DNA of 64,000 nucleotides from Raja brachyura. Taxonomy: Eukaryota. A model generated the notes under the pieces. That model did not search any database and was not told the DNA's origin. It worked only from the letters and a program-made list of their open reading frames with translations. The translations under genes and the position numbers were made by a program. Each line of letters begins with the position of its first letter. The first letter of the stretch is position 1. Location of the stretch: contig OY740783.1 in the NCBI GenBank assembly GCA_963514005.1, forward strand, positions 32,922,001-32,986,000, in the 5' to 3' direction. Positions 1-13,102 of this stretch are shown in pieces.

Positions 1-100
1 TTGGAAAATTAGAATGTTTTACTGTTCATAATGCCCATATTTGAGTGCCTTTTATATAGGAATGTGTATGTTTTTATTGTATTATGGATATCCAGACTCT

Positions 101-280
101 AGCGCCACAGTGGTGCAGCAGCAGAGTTGCTGCCTTACAGCGCAGGTATGTGGGTGAATTGGCATCTGTATATAGTCCCTAGTTTGTAGCATTGACTAGT
201 GTACGGGTGAGTGTTGGGCAGCGTGGACTCGATAGGCCAAAGAGCCTGTTTCCACACTGTACCTATAAAGTAAACTAAAT
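101..280 (+). mobile_element. tRNA-derived SINE (HE1-like), internally deleted
   Basis: tRNA-like head (cacagtggtgcagcagcagagttgctgccttacagcgc) and CR1-type tail (gggcc..gcctgtttcc..ctgta). A related 3' piece lies at about 2262-2435. Confidence 0.65.
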
Positions 281-2261
281 GCAATGACCAGCTAAGTAAC
301 ACTGAGGTTTCTAAAAGTTTGGCTCAACCACATTAGTTGATGAACGAAAGAATCAGTGACTGGGGAAGAGATTATGGTGGAAATCAAAGATCATGGCCCA
401 GATTATATAGCAATAATCGTAAAAATACTATACACCTAATATTTGTAAATTAAACTTCACATGAAGATCCTGAAATTAAGCCATTAATTTGGCACATCGC
501 CAAAGAATGCTCATTTGCATTGTTGTCCAATACAAACAAACTTAAATTATTTGAAATTACACACATTTTGGTAATGTGGTATCATAGTAAAACACAAAGA
601 AAATAGACACCTAATTATACACGATATTAAAATTGAGTCACTTGCCTATGTCCTACTACAAGATCATGACCCAAAACATCGACCATCCCTTGGCTCCACA
701 GATGCTGCTCGAGTTCCTTCAGCAGTTTGATTTGACTCTAGATTCCAGCATCTGCAGTCTCCTGTCTGCACTAGGCTATAATTACTGCTTAACAAATTGT
801 ATACCTAAAAAAAAACTAACCATAAATTGCAGTAATATTAAAATTAAAGTTCATGATATTTAAGATTCTACTTTAATCCAGTGTGCGTCTGAACTTTACT
901 TGGTACTTTATATGATTAAAAAGATATTTTTCTTCTGGCTATTCTTTAATGGGACTCACTGCTCAGTCGGCTGGTAGGCAATGCAGCCTGCAAAGTACCA
1001 AGGACTCCTTTAAACTCTTGTGACAGTATCAAAAAAGGTGAATTCTTACTACAGCAGATCACAAGGTTATTGCAGGAAACTACATTCCCAATCATTGTAA
1101 AGCACTATCACTTAATCACTACCAATAAATTCTGGGCGAGTGCCACTAGTTTTTCCAGAATGTAGTTGCAGGGAATTTCTGCCCTTCAGTTTTGGATGGC
1201 ACACAGACAATGCAGCAGTCGAGAAAGAATGCAGTGTTAGAGGGAGATGATAAATTGCGGCCAACCAAGCATCAGTAAAAGGGGTAAAGCAGATCAGTAT
1301 TGGGCCACAATACATTTCAATAGGTTTTAAATCTCCTGCAAACTTAAAGTTCACCCTAATAACCAAAATAGTACAAGTCACAGGAACAGTATGCAGGAGT
1401 CAAAATATGGAAACACACCCTTCAGCCAACTGAATCAACACTGACCATCCAGTAACATTTTACACTAATTCCATTTAATTCAATCCCCTTTCCAACTTTC
1501 CATCAGCTCTCCCAAATTGTCTACCACTTCCCTACAAGTTATGGTGGACACTTAACCTACAAAGGCTGCTCAACTTTGCTATGAGAGGGGAAACTAGATC
1601 ATCAAAAGGAAATCCCAGCATTCAAAGTGAGAATGTACAAATTCCACATACACAGCAGAGGTCAGGATTGAATGTACATCACTGGCACAAAGAGTCAGTA
1701 GCTCCCTTAGCTATGCCACTCCCAAGTGGAATCAAGGGCTTACAAGAAATGATACAAATTAAGATTCAAATGGGAAGCTACAAATGAGATGCCTGGATAT
1801 TTAAAATGCATCAAGGGAACATTGAATATTTTACCAAGTGCAACTGGTAAAAAGAGCTGTGGTTCTGCCATATTAAGCTCAAATCAAATTTGTAACATGA
1901 CAGTGTGAATACATTAATTCATGTATCTACGCCAATCTACCTTTTAGAAAGTTCAGTTTATGTGGCCAATGGTATTAGGTTTGAACAAAAGCTATTGTAA
2001 TTAAAAATATTGGAATAGCACAATAAATTGGAACTCCTTGCTACTCGATGAAATAAATAATTTCACTTTCTGCATGAAGCTTTGGGTCTTTTCCTTCAAA
2101 ATATAATACTACAACAGATCAGTGATCCATTTGCAGCATTAAATTCTTGTTGGCCAATTTTCTTTTTTTTCAGTTGGTCCTCTAGCCACTAGGTGATCAG
2201 GAACTCAAAAACTAGATTCTATACTTGTGCTAACATTAAATGGTTGGTCAGTGTGTCTCGT

Positions 2262-2435
2262 TTAATAACTCCAAAGACATACAGGTATGTAGGTTAATTG
2301 GCTTGCTAAATGTAAAAAAAAAAATTGTCCCTAGTGTGTGTAGGATAGTGTTAATGTGCGGGGATCGCTGGTTGACGTGGACCTGGTGGGCTGAAGGGCC
2401 TGTTTCTGCGCTGTATCTCTAAGCAATACTAAACA
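2262..2435 (+). mobile_element. HE1-like SINE 3' fragment
   Basis: ctccaaagacatacaggtatgtaggttaattggc ... gggctgaagggcctgtttctgcgctgtatctctaaa. Confidence 0.6.
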
Positions 2436-4581
2436 AATAGTTCAGACAGCAGTCCAAGACCCCTCCAATAGACTCCATATGGAAGCAATCAGAAAAGAAT
2501 GGATGGAGCGAAACGAATTGCGCAATATCCACCATTTACAACTTGCAGAATTCACCAAGGGAAAATCTACAGCATTTATGTAATGTTTCAGATAAAAGTG
2601 TCTTCCCGAAAACTGAATACCAAATTTTGCTAGTCATTTAAAACAGAAGATTTGTAATAACATTCATAACAAACAGCAACAGCTATGGTTTTATAGGCAT
2701 CTAGGTTTTAAGAATATACCCATGATAATTGAGATTTAAACAGCACCAGAGCAAAATAAGGCTTCCACACAGAAAATAGGGTGATTTATCAGAATGATCA
2801 ATTTCTTAAGAGGTCAACATAAATTGTACAAGAGTAATCTTATTCCCCTCACAGTTGGCAGTAAACAGTGATACTAGCTAATAATGCAATTTACTGAGAT
2901 GCAAGGTATAATTTCTGAGTTGCAAATGTAAATTTAAGAACATTTCATAATGAAGTTTCAGGCTACCATCAACCAATACATTCCACTGATTCTAGGGCAA
3001 CAAGACCACATGGCACATTATTACTGGTGTCCTAGTCAAAGTTCTTAAGTCTGGGAAAGAGGTAATAGGTACAATTTGCAGAGTGTAAAATTTGAGTGCA
3101 CTTTAAACTGAAAAGATGACTGTGCTGAACTCCAAAGTGACAGGGACATATGAATAAGGCAGATGAAATTTAATGGAAAGAAGATGCAAAATTATAGATT
3201 TTTATAAGGAAAATGTGGAAGAAAATATAATACAATGGGCCAATCTTAAAGAATGAAGGTGGACCAGATTTAACCAAGTGATTAAGTACATAAATCTTTG
3301 AAGGGCCGGTTGAGAGAAAACAAATTGTCATGAGATTTAAAAGATTGAGGCAAGGAGCACAAAAACGAAATTGTGCAAGTTAACAGTATTCGAGCAGTTC
3401 AGGCACAAGTGGACTACAGCATCCAATTCTGGCATCCATGCCTTAGGAAGGATGAAAAGAGCTTAACAGGGGTTCAGAGCAGATATTTTGCAGGTTAATT
3501 TCAGGAATGAAAGACGTGCATTATGGAAAAGATTGAAGCTAGGATTGTTTCCCCAAAAGGAAAAGTGTGCAGCAGCATGGTCTCACATTTTCCCAGCTCA
3601 AAAAAAAGTCCTGTGCCCTTTTGCAAGAATTAGTTTGACTGTGGTGACAAACCCTGAGGAGAACAGAGACGCACTTTTAAAATAAAAGTAATATTCTCAG
3701 ATTTTAGATTAAATAAAACATAATGCCACTTGGATTTAGTTTCAAGATCCAAGAGCAACAGAGGACAGAGCTAGTGGAATTCTCCCAGTGTCCTGGGTTC
3801 AATCTTGACCTCCAGTGTGCTGTATGGAATGTGCATATTTTCTGTGACTGCTTGGGTTTCTTTCCACAATCCAAAATGTGTGGTGGATTGTTAGATTAGT
3901 TAGCCACTGGTGTATGGATTACCGGCAGAATCTGGAGTAGTTATGTAGGAAGGATAAAATGGGCTCCGGTAGGGTTGTTGCAAAAATGGATGTTTGATGC
4001 TATGCATGGAGTTATGGGTTGTATTTCTTTGACCCCGACTCTAACGCTGTGCATGAAATCGACTTGATTTATATTGAAACAAGAGGTTTTGGGTTAACTT
4101 GGTATGTTCAACAAGCAGTATCTGGAGTTGACTGTTTCCTGCCAACCTACTCTCACCAGCACACCACCAATTCTGCTGTCATCCACAAACTAACCAATCG
4201 GGCTACCTACATTCATTAAAATTACTGATATACATGAGGATCCAGCACCCATCCCTGTGGCACAGCACCGGTCAGCCTCCAATCTGAAAAAACTCTCACT
4301 TGCAACCTCTGCCTCCTTCCACCAAGCCAATTTTGTATCCATTTGGCTAGCTAATCCTCATTTTGGACATCAACCTTTTGGACAACCTACCACGTAAGAC
4401 CTTATCATAAGCCATGCTGAAATCAGTGTTGACAGTGTCTACGTCATTAGGAGCAAACCACCCACAACACTTCACTGGACTCAATTTTATGACAATAATA
4501 TCTCATTCCAGAATTGACTGCAAGAAAAATGTGCTTTTTAAATAAAAAGGTTGGTTTCTCAAAATTATAAGTTCTCCTTAC

Positions 4582-4629
4582 CCCTTGAAGTCCTTGGAAT
4601 TGTATTGTTGGTTGTGAGATAGAGGAATT
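4582..4629 (-). CDS. ELL2: ELL2 coding exon 2 (48 nt, NSSISQPTIQFQGLQG)
   Basis: Long T/C tract plus AG acceptor (4630-4652) and donor ggg|gtaagg. Phase 0/0, in frame with exon 1, and resembles ELL2 RPSIQFQGLHG. Confidence 0.92.
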
Positions 4630-7346
4630 CTGGGGGGGGGGGAAAAAAAAAAATCATATTTAGTTTCAATTAAACTAAAAGACACAATACAAAAACTCAG
4701 TAATGCTGCCCAATCTGAGTATTGCTGTAATTTGCGTTATTTTCATATTTCATGCATCTACAGTAATTTGCTTTCGCAAGTTAATTATTTAACGTTCAAC
4801 TTAAAAGATATTTTCTAAGTAGTTGCAGTTAAGTTCACATATTATAATCACAATTTGCATTTCTATGTATTTCTAGTCACATAATTAATATTGTCAATAT
4901 AAAGAGTAAAAGGCAAAAGTTAACAGCAAACCATATTATGATAGCAGGGTTGTGCATACGAGGATCCGTACAGGCAAAAATAATATTTTTGGAAGGGAGA
5001 TAAGAGTACTATATCTGAAACTGAACAAATTATCCAGTTGGCAAAGGCATCTTTTGCAATCCTATCTTTGCACAACAGTGAAATTTTATTAATTACGAAA
5101 CACATGTTCATTACTAATTTTTACTACCCCAAAATTTAGTAAGCACCAGCCTCTGCAAAGACCATAAATTCTTAACTGCATGCATGCAGTGTTGAATTGC
5201 CTGGTGCCCAAAGAACAATATTGCTTCTAATCCATAAACCAGAAACTAAACCTTCAACTGATATTCCCATCAAAGCATCAACTTTTTGCTGGTTATAAGG
5301 TATGGAAATGCCATGACCCCAGCTGTAATTTACCCAAATAGCCATCATACATATATAAACCCAAAAACATCATGCAATGATATATTGAACTCTGAAAGTT
5401 GACACAAAGCAAAAACAATTTATGGGAGCTGGAAACGGCAGATAAATCAAACTACTGCAAGATTACAATCAGACAACATTTATGGATGTAGAAGTATAGA
5501 ATTTCAAAATGAAGTTTCATCAGAATTAACTTGATGCAAGGTCATCAAACGAGCAGATTCTCCATCCACAAACGCCCTCTTACATGCTAAGTAATTGCAG
5601 TTTTTATTATAGCAGCATTGTTTATCCATGAGTGATACACATGTGCAGGTTACAAGGAGAGGTACCACATGCAATCAATCAGCAAAGCGTTTGATGAGAA
5701 TCTGCATTGGAGGCTGTTCCCCGTCCTGAGATTAAAGTATCAGAGATCAAAAATGGTCAATTGGATCCAAAATTGGCTTGGTGATATGAGGCACGGGGTT
5801 TGTGATATATAATAATAATTTGGAAGCGATTGTAGCAAGTTTGCAGATGGCATAGAAGTTGGTGGAGACATGGATAGTGAAATATTGTCCGAGGTTACAA
5901 CAGGATGTAGATCATCTGGAAAGTTGAAAAATGCATCAGCAAAATTAATTTAATATAGGTAGAACATACGCAGCAAATGTCAGGGTGCTAAATAATTTTT
6001 TTTTGTTAAATACATTTTATTGAGCCATCAAAAAGTGGGTACAGATTATGTTGCCATATCCAAGCTAATTTTTTCCAAATGTACATATCAAAACAGAACA
6101 TTTGAGTATTATACAAACAATATGGAGAGGCATGTTTATGAAAAACAACACCTCTAAACAAATAAATAAATAACGAGGGGGGGAATTTAAATAATAAATA
6201 CATAATTATAATGTGTCAATAGTCTTAAGTGCAAGAAATGACATAAATGGTCGCCAGATTTTATTAAATTGGTTGACTATCCTTTAGAACTAATCTTATT
6301 ATTTCTAAATGTAATGTCATGGTCAAGTCATTAAGCCACATTCTGTAATTGGGAGTTGTTTTTTTTCCATGACATGAGCAGTAGTTTCTTTGTAGTAATG
6401 AGACAGTAGGAGAGGAATTGTAGTTGAGCAGTCTTGATGTTTCAGATACCCCAAAGATGATTAATAAGGGCTCTGGGTTTAATGGGATGTTAAAAATGTC
6501 TTAGATATATTTAACACATTCTTAATATGTCTAATATATTAGACCAGAAAGGAGTTTAGGGCACGATACAAAGTTATGAAAAAGATTAGCATCTGAGGAG
6601 TGACATTTATCATAAGTAGGATAAACATTTGGATATATACTGTGTGTTTTTGCCTTGGAGTAGTGAAATCTATGTATAATTGTGAACTGTACGAGGCAGT
6701 GTCTAGCATTCTTTGAGCACCTATATATATATGTTTGAGGCTTTCCTCCCATACTTCATCTGATATTTGCACATTTATGTATTTTTCCCCAATTGATCTT
6801 ATACTTGCTAGAGGATGGATAGGTTATTGATAGAAGGATATCATACATACAGGAGATGAATTTATATGGTTTTTATATGGTGATGTTTTAAGGCAGACAT
6901 CTACTTGAGACTGCCTCTCAACTTCAAATCCCGATAGATGCTTTCATGTATAATCCCTGATTTGTAAGTATCTGAAGAAGTTACTATTTGGGAGTTCAAA
7001 TTTATTTCGTAGCTGTGTAAAGGTGGCAAACATACCATCAATATATAGGTCACTGACACTGTGGATTCCTAATTCACTCAACGTAGAGAAAGTCTTATCT
7101 AAAATAGATGGTTTGAATGTGGGGTTGTTTGTTATGGGCAAAGCGAGAGATATAGGTTTAAGTTCAAAATGTGTTCTGATTTGCTTCCACATACGTATCA
7201 AATTGTGTATAACAGGATTCAATCCATAATATGATTTATCAATTGAAGTAGGAGCTAGTAGGATGGTACCTATTGAGTATGGGTGACAATCTTCTTGTTC
7301 TATTTTTAGCCAATTCAGAGGGATGTTTGAGGTGTCAAGCCAGAAA

Positions 7347-7575
7347 ACTCAGAGAGTGGTAGCGGTGTGGAATGAGCTTCCAGTGGAAGTGGTGGCGGCA
7401 GGTTTGTTGGTATCATTTAAAAATAAATTGGATAGGCATATGGATGAGAAGGGTGTGGAGGGTTATGGTATGAGTGCAGGCAGGTGGACTAAGGGAAAAA
7501 AGTTGTTCGGCACGGACTTGAAGGGCCGAGATGGCCTGTTTCCGTGCTGTAATTGTTATATGGTTATATGGTTAT
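7347..7575 (+). mobile_element. CR1 3'-end fragment with (GGTTATAT)n tail, inserted in the L1
   Basis: Nearly identical to 16498-16727. Possible AAAAC duplication at the junctions. Confidence 0.9.
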
Positions 7576-8300
7576 AAAACCAAGGATGGCGGAGGCCCAG
7601 AAATATAATCTGACATTTGGAAGAGCAAGCCCTCCCTTAATTTTTGATTTTTCGAGCGGATTTTTGGTTATCCTACGAGTTTTGTAATTCCACAAGAAAG
7701 GTACTATCGAATTAATCTCTTAAAAAATGTTTTTATAAGAGAAATAGGAATGTTCCAAATTAGATATAGTAGCTGGGGTAAGAAGCTCATTTTAATGGTA
7801 TTCACTCTTCCTAGTAAGGAAATTGGAAGAGATTTCCAGAATTGGATTTTGCTTTTTTAGGTTTTTTTTAAATAAGGGAAAGAAATTGGTCTGTAGAAGG
7901 GAAGAGTAACGCTTTGTAACCTCAATCCCTAGATAGGTAAATTTATCTGTTGTTACTCTGAAAGGAAAATTCTCCAATGTATCTGAGGGGATGGTATGTA
8001 CTGGCAACAGTATACTTTAATCCCAGTTAATACTATAGCCTGAAAATGTACCAAACACGTTAATTTTGTCCAGTATCGCTGGAATAGTGGTTTGAGGTTC
8101 CATTATGTACAGGAGAAAATCATCTGCATACAAAGATATCTTATTTGTAGTCTCTTTCGTGTCGTAACCATGAATACAGGGATCTAATCGAAAACTCCGA
8201 GCAAGAGGTTCTATAGCAAGGGCGAATATTAATGCTGATAGGGGGCAGCCCTGTCTTGTTCCCCTGAACAAATTAAAGGGGGATGAGAGCGTCGGATTTT

Positions 8301-9158
8301 TACAGAAGCTTAATCCATTCCAAAAAGTTGTATCCAAAGTTAAATCTCTTGAGGAGCTCGAATAAGCATGGCCATTCAATCTGGTCAAATGCTTTTTCCG
8401 CGTCAAGCGTTATGGACTTATGGGTTGTATTTCTTTGACCCCGACTCTAACACTGCCCATGAAATCGACTTGATTGAAATTGAAACATAAGGTTTTGGGT
8501 TAACTTGGTGTGTTCAACAAGCAGTATCAGGAGTTGACCGTTTCCTGCTAACCTTCTCACACCAGCATACCACCATTTCTGGTGTCATCCACAAACTAAC
8601 CAATCGGGCTACCTACATTCATTAAAATTACTGATATACATGAGGATCCAGCACGCATCCCTGTAGCACAGCACCGGTCAGCCTCCAATCTGAAAAAACT
8701 CCCACTTGCAACCTCTGCCTGCTTCCACCAAGCCAATTTTGTATCCATTTGGCCAGCTAATCCTCATTGATCAACCTTTTGGACAACCACGTAAAACCTT
8801 ATCAAAGGCCTTGCTGAAATCAGTGTTGAGTGTCTACCACCCTGCTCTCGTCACTGGGAGCAAACCACCCACAATACTTCACTGGACTCAATTTTTTGAC
8901 AATAATATCTCATTCCAGAATTGACCACGAACTGCAAGAAAAATGTGTTTATTTTTAAATAAAAAGGTTGTTTTTTTTAAATTATGTTCTCCTTACCCCT
9001 TGAAATTGTATTGTTCGTAGAGAGATAGAGGAATTCTGGGGAATTGTACAGAAGCTTAATCCATTCCAAAAAGTTGTATCCAAAGTTAAATCTCTTGAGG
9101 AGCTCGAATAAGTATGGCCATTCAATCTGGTCAAATGCTTTTTCCGTGTCAAGCGTTA
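8301..9158. repeat. 112-bp direct repeats of L1 sequence (8301-8412 and 9047-9158) flanking the exon-2 duplicate
   Basis: tacagaagcttaatccattcc...tcaagcgtta occurs twice, with 2 mismatches seen. Confidence 0.92.
8412..9041 (-). pseudogene. Duplicated copy of 4006-4635 containing a second, 39-nt ELL2 exon 2 (8997-9035, NSSISLRTIQFQG)
   Basis: Colinear match to 4006-4635 by eye. AG and GTAAGG are retained, and there is a 9-nt in-frame deletion. Confidence 0.9.
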
Positions 9159-9420
9159 GTATAGCCAAGCCATTGTTTCCTTGTCTTTTTGTGTACAAGA
9201 TCTTAAACAGACATCTCAAGTTAATGGTGGATTGTCTATTAGGTATGAACCCAGTTTGATTTTGTGTATTAATTTACTTATTAATGGGCTTAATCTATTG
9301 GCTAAGATTTTAGCAAATATCTTGCCATCTGCATTTAGCAGTGAGATCGGACAGTATGAACTTACTTCTTGGGCATCTTTTCCTTTCTTATGAATCACTG
9401 TAATTGTTGCTTCAGTTAGT

Positions 9421-9678
9421 NNNNNNNNNNNNNNNNNNNNNNNNNNNNNNNNNNNNNNNNNNNNNNNNNNNNNNNNNNNNNNNNNNNNNNNNNNNNNNNN
9501 NNNNNNNNNNNNNNNNNNNNNNNNNNNNNNNNNNNNNNNNNNNNNNNNNNNNNNNNNNNNNNNNNNNNNNNNNNNNNNNNNNNNNNNNNNNNNNNNNNNN
9601 NNNNNNNNNNNNNNNNNNNNNNNNNNNNNNNNNNNNNNNNNNNNNNNNNNNNNNNNNNNNNNNNNNNNNNNNNNNNNN
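9421..9678. other. Assembly gap (258 N)
   Basis: Run of N inside L1 ORF2. Confidence 1.
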
Positions 9679-10840
9679 CATTTCTTATATAATTCACTTG
9701 GATTCATCTAGGCCTGGTGCTTTACCAGTTTTAAGAGACGAGATGGCTTTTTGAATCTCTATAACATGGAGATCAAAGTTAAGACCATTGCATTCTTCTT
9801 CACTCAATTTAGGGAGATTGCATTGATTAACAAAGTCAGCCATGACAGGGGAGTTTGCGGTGCATCTGGGCGTATATCGGCTGGAATAAAACTTTAGGAA
9901 TCTATGAAGTCTTTTGATTTTGTTAGCGCAGTTCCATTGTCACTCTTAATTTTATGTATTGTTCGGTCAGTCTCCATATTACTTAGCTGTCGTGCCAATA
10001 ATTTGTGCGGTCGGTCTCCGAATGCAAAGTATTTTTGTTTGGTGTATAAAAACGCCTTGCTTATTTTTGCAGAGAGTAATTGATTATATTGATATCTCAA
10101 ATTTGCTATTTTCCTATGTAAATCAGGGGAGGGAGAGAGTGCGTTATCCCTCTCCCATTGTTAGATCTGTTTTTCTAATTCTTCTATTTTTTTTTTCTTG
10201 CAATTTCAAATGAGATTACACATCCCCTTAATTAGGCTTTAACGGCCTCCCAGAATGTGGCAGGGGTGGTTTCTGGGATATAATTTGTTTCAAAATAAAT
10301 ATTAATTTGGGTTTTTAAATATTCACAAAACTTTTTCAGTTAGTAGCTGCGAGTTCAGTCTCCAGGTTCTATTTGATGAGGTCATGTTTTCCAAGTACAG
10401 CGAAAAAGTGAGAGGATTGTGATCTGAGATCCCAATATTGTGATATTTAACATTTGTTGTAGAGGGCATTTATTAATTTTGTATCTACCAGGAAGTAATC
10501 GATTCTACGGTATGAGTTATGTATTGAGGAGTAAAAAGACTAGTCTCTATCTGCAGGGTTCTCGATCCGCCATACATCTGAAAGATTCATATTTTTGAGG
10601 AACGTATTTAGGAGTTCACTTGAATTGTTTCTTGGGATATTTTTGGCGGATGATCTGTCAAGATATCGATCCAAAACAGTGTTAAAGTCTCCTCCCATTA
10701 TTACGTTTGTTTGAGATATATCAGGTATAAGGGTAAAGACCTTACTGAAGAATGAAGGGTTGTTTATATTGGGTGCGTATATATTAACTAGAGTTAAAGA
10801 TGTATTGAGATTTCCCCTGTCACGACCAGATACCGCCCGC

Positions 10841-11880
10841 CTGCCAACCGCCCCGCTGAGATGCCCAGCCCGCCGCAAACGTTGCTGAGCCGCAGCCGCA
10901 CGTCGGGACCGGGGTAAGTGCCAGTGGTGCCTTTATCACCTCCAGGGCGCTGAGACCTGCCGATGCCGACCCCCCTGCACATTCGGGAAATGCCTCGGCC
11001 GACTGGTAGTGGGAGCTATCACTATCGGCCACAACAAATCGCCTCTACGTGAGCATCCTCCCCTCGACTGGGTTGGACACCCGTGCTGGTAAGTGGGGCC
11101 CTGTGCTCACGGCTGTCAACCGCAGTACTATCCGCACCTACGGCATGAGGACCCCATCCCTTTCTTTCGACTCCCGCCCGTACGTTTGGACATTTATCGT
11201 CGCCGCGGTGGCCCAGCTGCTCCTGGGCGCCGACTTCCTTCGGGCCTTTTCCCTCATGGTGGACGTACGGGGCAGGCGCCTCATTCCACCGACGGACCTC
11301 GACGGAGATCGTGCGGCGCTCCGATGGCCCGTGGGCATCACCATTGTACATGGTCCCCAAGTCATCTGGAGGGTGGAGACCATGCGGGGATTATAGGCGC
11401 CTGAACGCCATTACAACTGTGGACCGTACCCGGTCCTACATATACTGGACTTTTCGACCCATCTGGAGGGCACCACCTTTTTCTCCAAGGTGGAACTGCT
11501 CCGTGGTTATCATCAGATCCCTGTGCGCCCAGAAGACGTGCCCAAAACTGCCTCCTTAAAAACTGCTTGTTCGTTTTTGTTCGCATGGATGCCCACCAAT
11601 CTCCGCTCCAGCGAGTTTACGACGTGCTGTTCCGGGTGTTGCGTGCTGGTCTCGCTACGTTTACATTGGACGTGGGGGGCCATGGGGACATCGTCTCTGT
11701 CATCCGGCTCAAGTGGACGTGGACGTGGTGGTCGCTCAGCCCCGGCATAGATGTCGTCCGCCGGCTGATCCCGCTGCACCAGTGGTGCTCGTTTCACCTG
11801 ACCCCGTTGTCCCCGTTGCTCCATGCCAGTTCCAGTCTCCTGGCTCTGTTTTGCCAGCCCCCGTTGTTACGCCATGAGCG
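10841..11880 (+). mobile_element. Internally deleted Gypsy/Ty3 LTR retrotransposon remnant
   Basis: GC-rich. Gag knuckle-like WCLYH..C..PC, protease LLGADFL, RT WASPLYMVPK..GWRPCGDYRRLN and RGYHQIPV..EDVPKTA, integrase C-terminus VFVR.DA...PLQ..Y...VSVIRLK. Confidence 0.85.
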
Positions 11881-12274
11881 CGGGTTTCTATTGGCAGTTT
11901 ATTTTTGCTGTAACTGTCAGTCTGGCGCCCACGCTTGTGGATGCAACATTATTTTTGGCTGTCTTATTAGACTCTGATGACTCATTGTTTGTGTTCTAAA
12001 ATAAAAAACTTTTCGTACACCCTAAAGTCTCGACACGACAAAATGTGTTTTTTGTTGTGTCTGACCGTGTTCCGAGGAGGTGTTCCACATACTCCTAGGC
12101 TTTTTGGGGATCGGTGAATGAAGTTTGCTCGCCGTTGTAGGTCACCAGGAGTCTCGCCGGGTAGAGCAGGCCGTATCTGATGCTGGCTACCGTAACATTT
12201 CTCTGGTTTTAGTGAAGAGTTGGTGGGTTTGCGATGGTTGGTGGGCAGTCAGGGAAGATCTGGATCTTTTTGCC

Positions 12275-12529
12275 TTAAGAATAAGGGGCAAGCCATTTAG
12301 AACGGAGACGAGGAAACACTTTTTCCTCACAGAAAGTCGTGAGTCTGTGGAATTCTCTGCCTCAGGACAGGAGAACTAGATAGGGCTCTTAAAGATAGCG
12401 GAGTCAAGGGATATGGGGAGAAGGCAGGAACGGGGTACTGATTGGAGATGATCAACCATGATCACATTGAATGGCAGTGCTGGCTCGAAGGGCCGAATGG
12501 CCTACACCTGCACCTATTGTCTCTTGTCT
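12275..12529 (+). mobile_element. CR1/HER1-like 3' fragment inserted in L1 ORF1
   Basis: LRIRGKPFRTETRKHFF followed by the shared 3'UTR (gctcgaagggccgaatggcctac..cacctattgt). Confidence 0.85.
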
Positions 12530-13102
12530 TGGATATTTCTTGTCGATGACGCATTGCGTAGGATATCTTCCAGGGTATAGTAGTAATGTAGACATATTAC
12601 AAAGGGCCGGGGAAGTTCAGAGGGTGTGGGTCGCTGCTGGAGAGTGCTAAATAATTTTGATAACCAGATGGGTCTTGGTGTTATAATTCAGCTGTCTCTT
12701 CATTACCACATGTAGCAAGGTACAGTGAAATATTTTGTTGGCATATCGCTCAGCAAGACTATAACCATACACAAGGCACCATTACCTGGTTAGTACAGAA
12801 TGTTTTGAATAGCCCACTGAGTCTATATGCAAGCGGCACCATTTTAGTGGCACTTTACAGTCCCAGCTGCAGCTGGCCACAATGGCCCGCCTAATTCGCT
12901 GGATGTGACAAAGGTAGGTAGATAAAAGATGGCATTTGGCATACTTGCCTTCATTTGCAACACTGGTTAGATCTCACTTGGGAATATTGTAAGCAGTTCA
13001 GATCTCCACTTTTGTTTTCCCCAGTGGAATGGAACACTTGTAAGCTATTGGTAATTCTCACTGCACTGTAAAACAATCAATTAAGCAATAAGTAATAATC
13101 AT

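Larger units (their letters stand above)
5996..12650 (-). mobile_element. Degenerate L1 LINE (fish type) with ORF1 remnants, ORF2 and poly(A) end, interrupted by four insertions and an assembly gap
   Basis: AATAAA (6021-6016) plus an A tail (6004-5996). ORF2 motifs [55 protein letters not shown] and FFRYLQIRDY. ORF1 motifs IQIFPD...RYGLLYPARLLVTYNG (about 12070-12272) and PRPFVICLHYY (about 12530-12650). Confidence 0.88.

Noticed and set aside
1-4581. ELL2 exon 3
   Set aside because: No FYLSN..KDNPQGSFDC-like coding sequence was seen. It presumably lies left of the window.
9216-9754. ORFs containing X runs
   Set aside because: Artefacts of the N gap.
11974-12010. CTGATGA as another hammerhead core
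   Set aside because: No stem II or GAAA follows.
10818-12040. TGTCA...GACA as LTR-element termini
   Set aside because: 10818-10840 is L1 endonuclease coding sequence (GRYLVVTG on the minus strand), and 12030-12040 continues from L1 ORF1. No TSD was found.
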